Shown piece by piece: positions 59,095 to 64,000 of a stretch of 64,000 bases of DNA (its first letter is position 1; every line of letters begins with the position of its first letter). The notes under the pieces are model-generated. The model ran no database searches and had not been told where the DNA came from. It saw nothing but the letters and a program-made list of their open reading frames with translations. The stretch is from an uncultured Verrucomicrobiae bacterium. Its GTDB lineage: Bacteria; Verrucomicrobiota; Verrucomicrobiia; Chthoniobacterales; UBA10450. The stretch lies in NCBI GenBank assembly GCA_963735805.1, contig CAVTMK010000002.1:768001-832000 (forward strand), given 5' to 3'. The position numbers were made by a program, and so were the translations under genes.

Positions 59095-60683
59095 AGGAAT
59101 ACGATTTCGTGGTGATCGGCAGCGGTATCGCCGGCCTCAGTTTTGCGTTGAAAGCGGCAAAGCATGGGTCGGTAGCCGTTATAACGAAACGCAAAGGCTC
59201 CGATACCAACACAGCCTGGGCGCAGGGCGGGATTGCCTGCGTCACAAGTGATGAAGATTCATTTGAGCTCCACGTGCGCGATACGCTGGAGGCAGGCGCT
59301 GGCCTGTGTGACGAGACGGTCGTGCGCACGATCGTGACCGAAGGCCCGGAGCGTATCCGCGAACTTGTGGAACTCGGTCTGCAGTTTGATGAGCGTGAGA
59401 TTTCGGGACATCGTGAACTTGATCTCGGCAAAGAAGGCGGTCATTCCAAGCGCCGCGTCCTTCACGTCCGAGACGTTACCGGCAGGGAGATCGAAGATAC
59501 TTTGCTGCGCGAATTGGGCCGACAATCGCATGTCCAGCTACTGGAAAATCACATGGCGGTTGATTTGATCACCGCAGCTAAGCTCGGTTTCGCGGCAGAA
59601 GACCGCTGCCTTGGCGTGTACGTTCTAGATGAGAACACCGGACAGGTAGAAACCATCCGCTCAGACCGGATCGTGATTGCGACCGGTGGTTGCGGCAAAG
59701 TTTACCTGTACACGACCAATCCGGACATAGCGACGGGAGACGGTGTGGCCATGGCTTGGCGTGCCGGCGTGGAAATTGCGAACATGGAGTTCATGCAGTT
59801 TCATCCTACCTGTCTTTTTCACCCAGAGGCGAAATCATTTCTCATTTCGGAAGCGGTGCGCGGTGAGGGAGGCATTTTGCGCAATAATCGCGGCGAAGAC
59901 TTTATGAAGCGCTACGATAGACGCGGTTCACTGGCGCCGCGCGACGTTGTCGCACGCGCGATCGATGCAGAGATAAAACGCTCAGGCGCCAAGTGCGTGT
60001 TTTTAGATATCACGCATAAATCGCCCGAATTTGTTAGGGAACGTTTTCCACATATTTATCAGACGTGTCTGCGGTTCGGGATCGACATGTCGAAGCAGGC
60101 AATCCCTGTAGTGCCGGCTGCCCATTATCAATGTGGCGGAATTAAAACGGATGTGAACGGTACCACCAGTTTGCCCGGGCTTTACGCTATTGGGGAGGTC
60201 GCGTGCACGGGATTGCACGGGGCAAATCGGCTTGCCAGCAATTCGTTGCTGGAAGGTTTAGTAGTCGCCCACCGTGCTGCAACTGGCGCCATTCGGGGGC
60301 GGTCCACTCCGAGACAACAGGTCCCCCTGCCGGAGTGGAAATCAGGAAATGTGCAGGACGTCGATGAACTGGTCGTGATTTACCACAATTGGGACGAGAT
60401 TAGACGGTTGATGTGGGATTACGTGGGAATTGTGCGCACCGACAAGCGATTGCAGCGCGCCAGTGCGCGGCTGCGAAATCTCCAGCGTGAGATTCGCGAG
60501 TTCTATTGGAATTTCAAAGTGTCCGCTGACCTTCTTGAGCTGCGTAACTTAGCGGGGGTAGCCGCGCTAATTGTCGATTCGGCGTTGTGTCGCAAAGAGA
60601 GCCGCGGCCTCCACTATACATTGGATTATCCAGCAACGGATGATTCTCAATTCAAATGCGACACCGTGCTGAGCCGCGATTAA
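59091..60683 (+). CDS. nadB: L-aspartate oxidase
   Basis: 'IGSGIAGL', 'WAQGGIA', 'EGGHS', 'QFHPT', 'PAAHY', 'GLHGANRLASNSLLE' and 'ESRGLH'. Confidence 0.95.
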   Translation: MKEYDFVVIGSGIAGLSFALKAAKHGSVAVITKRKGSDTNTAWAQGGIACVTSDEDSFELHVRDTLEAGAGLCDETVVRTIVTEGPERIRELVELGLQFDEREISGHRELDLGKEGGHSKRRVLHVRDVTGREIEDTLLRELGRQSHVQLLENHMAVDLITAAKLGFAAEDRCLGVYVLDENTGQVETIRSDRIVIATGGCGKVYLYTTNPDIATGDGVAMAWRAGVEIANMEFMQFHPTCLFHPEAKSFLISEAVRGEGGILRNNRGEDFMKRYDRRGSLAPRDVVARAIDAEIKRSGAKCVFLDITHKSPEFVRERFPHIYQTCLRFGIDMSKQAIPVVPAAHYQCGGIKTDVNGTTSLPGLYAIGEVACTGLHGANRLASNSLLEGLVVAHRAATGAIRGRSTPRQQVPLPEWKSGNVQDVDELVVIYHNWDEIRRLMWDYVGIVRTDKRLQRASARLRNLQREIREFYWNFKVSADLLELRNLAGVAALIVDSALCRKESRGLHYTLDYPATDDSQFKCDTVLSRD

Positions 60684-60805
60684 TGCTCTAACTGACATCG
60701 TTAATGCCCGATTTCTGTGATGTTTACACGCTTCCGGACCGAGATCGTCGGAAATTCGCCTTGCCTAAGTGCGCGAAATCAGATAGGAGATGGCGGCGTT
60801 TGAAG

Positions 60806-61639
60806 ATGAGGAGACTTCTAGCGGCTTGTTTGAGTCTAGGGATTGCATGCGTTGCTAAAGCCGACGAGCAATCCACTTCGCCCTATGCGACAGCCGCCGA
60901 TTTTGCGAAGTACGCGATGAAGTTGCGGGAGCAGGCCATGCTCAAAGTAGAGCCTCAGGTTTTTATCCCAACCAGCTCGCGCCCTGCGATGCAGCGTTAT
61001 CCATGGAAGACCAACATCGTGACCACTGTTTTTTGGGTTGGAGAGCAGGCCGGAGGCAACAACCCGGTTCCAAATTACAGAAGTTCATGGGACGCTAACT
61101 GGACGAACAACTACGGCGGTTTCGATAATCCTGATCCGTCAGCACGCCGTAGTTACCTTCCGATTGCATTTATTCCGCGCCAAAACCCATTTTACTGCGC
61201 TCTGCCATACAACGACGTGACACACGGTCAGTTCAAGCCGGAAGCGCCACTGGTGATTCCATGGTTTAAGCAATCTTATACCGGGCCGGGGCAGTCAGTT
61301 TGTTGGCATCACTGGGTAGCCATTCGGAGGGGAAATCGTACGTGTTATGCGCAATGGGAGGATTGCGGTCCGTTTCGCACGGACCATTTTCAGTACGTTT
61401 TCGGAAATGAGCGTCCCAAGCCAAACCTTAACCACGGTGCCGGGCTAGATGTCTCTCCGGCGGTGCGCGATTACCTGGGGCTGGCACCCACTGACGTCAC
61501 CGATTGGCAATTCATCGAAGTTCGTGACGTTCCCCCTGGCCCGTGGCGAAGCTACGGCGAAAATAATCATTTTGTCATCGCGCGTCGCCAGAACGAGCAG
61601 CGAATGGCCGACCGCGGTCTCGGCGCGGCGAAAAAGTAA
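60806..61639 (+). CDS. hypothetical secreted protein, possible double-psi beta-barrel glycoside hydrolase-like
   Basis: Signal peptide, 'NPFYCALP', 'YAQWEDCGP' and 'GLDVSPAVRDYLGL'. Confidence 0.6.
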   Translation: MRRLLAACLSLGIACVAKADEQSTSPYATAADFAKYAMKLREQAMLKVEPQVFIPTSSRPAMQRYPWKTNIVTTVFWVGEQAGGNNPVPNYRSSWDANWTNNYGGFDNPDPSARRSYLPIAFIPRQNPFYCALPYNDVTHGQFKPEAPLVIPWFKQSYTGPGQSVCWHHWVAIRRGNRTCYAQWEDCGPFRTDHFQYVFGNERPKPNLNHGAGLDVSPAVRDYLGLAPTDVTDWQFIEVRDVPPGPWRSYGENNHFVIARRQNEQRMADRGLGAAKK

Positions 61640-61656
61640 GCGTAGACAACGAGAGT

Positions 61657-62487
61657 CTAACCGGCCGGGGAAGTCGCAGGGGAGGGAGTAGGAGAAGGGG
61701 ATCGCGTAAAGCTTGGTGAAACGCTTCCGGTCGGTTGGGGACTTGGGTGAGACGGACGAGCCGACGCCATGCCAATCAATTCGGATACTGTGACGAATTT
61801 GAAGCCTTTGGCTTCGAGTTCATCGAAAGTGGACGGCATCGCTTCGATCGTTCCGGGGTGAATGTCGTGCGATAACACAATGGAACCGGGCCGAGTCTCT
61901 TTCAGAATGCGATTGCGAACGACAGCCGGGCCAGGTCGTTTCCAATCATTGGGATCAACGTCCCAAAGAATAATATCGTAGCCGAATTCGTCGTGAATCC
62001 ACCGTTTCTCGCGGGCTGTGATCGATCCATAAGGCGGCCGCATCAGCGTGGGACGCTTACCCGTGGCGTTCTTGATCGCGTCGTCGGTTTGCTGCAGTTG
62101 ACGTCGAACGCTTTCGTCCGACATCTTACCGAAATTGGGATGCGACCAGCTGTGACTTCCAATCTCGTGACCTTCCCGCGCCGCTCGCGCGACGATCTCG
62201 GGGTGTTCCGCAACGTTTTCGCCGATCACAAAGAACGTTGCCTTAATATGGTGGGCGGCCAGCAAATCGAGCAATTTTGGAGTTAACGTGGCGCTCGGTC
62301 CGTCGTCAAAGGTCATCGCGATGTAAGGGCCGTCGACGTGGACTGCGCTGAATGTGATGCCCGGTTCCTCCGGCGTCGCTCGACTCTCCCGAGCTGCGGC
62401 TCGCCCTGCTGGTGTTGGTTCCGCTCCCAGCCTAAGAACGATGCTGAACGCGGCGAAACAAAAGAACAGGAAGCGGTACACAGACAT
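61657..62487 (-). CDS. polysaccharide deacetylase (NodB/CE4)
   Basis: 'TFDDGP', 'HSWSHP', 'RPPYG', 'WDVDPNDW' and 'LSHD'. Confidence 0.92.
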   Translation of the reverse strand: MSVYRFLFFCFAAFSIVLRLGAEPTPAGRAAARESRATPEEPGITFSAVHVDGPYIAMTFDDGPSATLTPKLLDLLAAHHIKATFFVIGENVAEHPEIVARAAREGHEIGSHSWSHPNFGKMSDESVRRQLQQTDDAIKNATGKRPTLMRPPYGSITAREKRWIHDEFGYDIILWDVDPNDWKRPGPAVVRNRILKETRPGSIVLSHDIHPGTIEAMPSTFDELEAKGFKFVTVSELIGMASARPSHPSPQPTGSVSPSFTRSPSPTPSPATSPAG

Positions 62488-62607
62488 GAGCGCGAATCAA
62501 ACGCGTGTATCTAGCAGAGGCTGCCGGTTACGCAAGGCACGGCTCCCTCCCCCTGCGAGAAGCGACAAATCCGCAGGCGATTGGTCGCGGTTGAAATCAA
62601 TATGGAT

Positions 62608-63063
62608 TCAACCTTTCCGCAATTTCTGCAGCTGAGCGATGAATGCAGTCGGCCCATCGGGAAAGTACCCATCATACCGCCAGAGTTTTTGTCCGTCGGC
62701 GCTAAGGATCACAATCGTAGGAAAGCCCACAATCTCGTACTGCTGTGCAAGTTCGCGGTTCTGCTTTTTGAGTTCGGGCGTTTGAGGTTTGCCGCGCGGA
62801 AAGTCGAGTTCTACGACCACCAGATTGTCTCGCGCGAAGTCTTTGAACTCAGGCTGCAACAAGACCTCCTTGTCGAACTTTTTGCACCAGCCGCACCAAT
62901 CCGAGCCGGTAAAATCGAGCAACACGAATTTGTTATTATCCTTAGCCTCTTGCTGCGCCTTCTTGTAATCCGTGAGCCAGCCAGACTCCTCCGCACTAGC
63001 GAACGGCGCGGAGATAAAAACGGAGGCCGCCAGGGCGAACAGAAAAGAACGGTAGGTTTTCAC
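62608..63063 (-). CDS. secreted thioredoxin-family protein
   Basis: Signal peptide, 'FTGSDWCGWC' and 'GFPT'. Confidence 0.88.
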   Translation of the reverse strand: MKTYRSFLFALAASVFISAPFASAEESGWLTDYKKAQQEAKDNNKFVLLDFTGSDWCGWCKKFDKEVLLQPEFKDFARDNLVVVELDFPRGKPQTPELKKQNRELAQQYEIVGFPTIVILSADGQKLWRYDGYFPDGPTAFIAQLQKLRKG

Positions 63064-63145
63064 GTTATCACCCTCGATGGAAAAACGACTGAGCGCAAGA
63101 GTAGTACATCACCGCCAGCGCGGCAATTATTTGTTCAGGCCGCAA

Positions 63146-63173
63146 ATAGCCCGGCGCACGAACGCCGGGCTAT
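63146..63173 (-). terminator. hairpin terminator after the SWIB gene
   Basis: ATAGCCCGGCG-6nt-CGCCGGGCTAT (11-bp stem) just downstream of the SWIB stop, with only a short T-run. Confidence 0.55.
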
Positions 63174-63188
63174 AAACGGGTTCGCGAT

Positions 63189-63470
63189 CTACCGCAGATG
63201 CTTCGAGACGAGCTTGGTCATCTCGAACATACTCACCTGGCTCTTACCATTGAATACTGGCCGCAGTGAGTCGTCGGCGTTGATCATGGTGCGTTTCTTT
63301 TTATCCTGGCAACCGTGCTTCTTGATATAGTTCCAAAGCTTTTTGGTAAGCTCGGAGCGTGGTAGCGGTTGCGACCCGACAATGGCAGCAAGCTTATCGT
63401 CAGGCTGGACCGGTCTCATGAAGGCGGGATTCGGTTTGCGCTTGGAAGTTTTCTTTTTGGTTTTCGGCAT
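63189..63470 (-). CDS. stand-alone SWIB/MDM2 domain protein
   Basis: 'LAAIVG', 'KKLWNYIKKHGCQD', 'INADDSL' and 'VSMFEMTKLVSKHL'. Confidence 0.92.
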   Translation of the reverse strand: MPKTKKKTSKRKPNPAFMRPVQPDDKLAAIVGSQPLPRSELTKKLWNYIKKHGCQDKKKRTMINADDSLRPVFNGKSQVSMFEMTKLVSKHLR

Positions 63471-63531
63471 GGAGGCTGATTAACGTTTCGCTTGCGAGAG
63501 AGCAACACTAAATTTTAGGCAAACAAAAAAA

Positions 63532-64000
63532 TTATTCCCGGGCCAAACGGCGCACCGCCAGGACTGTGAGATCATCGGACAAAGAGTTTTCGGCTTTATT
63601 TGGAGCCGCTTGCGCCAAAATTCTATTTAGAAACGCTTCTGCAGTCGGCCCGGAGGGATCAAGCATTTTTTCCAACTGCTCCGGCGTCAGACGGCGCCGC
63701 TCCTTTTTAGACCAGCCGAACAAGCCGTCTGTATACATAAGGAAGGCGTCCCCTGCCTCAAAATTGAGTGTGGTTTCCACATAATCGGGATGTTCGACTA
63801 GACCCAAGGGAGGCGCGACCGATGCGATTGACTCCGTTGCACCATCGCGGCGAACGATAAGAAGCGGCGGATGCCCCGCGCCCACGATGTTTGCGTTCCC
63901 AGTCACGTGATTAAGGGCGACGCACATGGCCGTCATGAAAGAGCGGCCGCCAAAAATGCTGCGAAAGTCCTTGTTAACTGCTTCCATCACACGAGCTGGC
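63532..64000 (-). CDS. SpoIIE/PP2C-type serine phosphatase, 5'-partial
   Basis: 'FMTA', 'AGHPP', 'YTDG' and 'DDLT'. Frame is open to the window edge. Confidence 0.88.
   Translation of the reverse strand, partial: PARVMEAVNKDFRSIFGGRSFMTAMCVALNHVTGNANIVGAGHPPLLIVRRDGATESIASVAPPLGLVEHPDYVETTLNFEAGDAFLMYTDGLFGWSKKERRRLTPEQLEKMLDPSGPTAEAFLNRILAQAAPNKAENSLSDDLTVLAVRRLARE

Noticed and set aside
1..64000. CRISPR array, cas genes, prophage, rRNA
   Set aside because: No regularly spaced repeat-spacer array and no cas, phage or rRNA signatures were seen.

Overview
This is a gene-dense bacterial chromosomal window with about 60 mostly housekeeping genes. The PVC-signature small basic protein, stand-alone SWIB protein, DapL and hopanoid genes suggest a soil Verrucomicrobium (Chthoniobacterales / 'Ca. 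Udaeobacter'-like); this is inference. Recognisable genes include tyrS, thrB, lpxK, LigD-Pol, lolC/E, M28 and M3 peptidases, hpnH-shc, sod, dapL, putA, ltaE, dsbD, an lpxL-waaF fusion, SBP56, panC and nadB. There is no CRISPR array, prophage or classical IS. The most unusual locus is a ~460-bp cassette at 29594-30057. It runs: tRNA 5' half plus an 18-bp palindrome that replaces the anticodon arm, an intact tRNA(CAT), an 80-aa stand-alone GIY-YIG nuclease, then the same palindrome plus a tRNA 3' half. The repeat copies show compensatory changes. A degenerate copy of the palindrome lies in-frame inside putA. The intergenic space also holds GTAG-type REP-like and TGTCAT-type miniature inverted-repeat elements. 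Two conserved small proteins missed by the ORF track were translated by hand.
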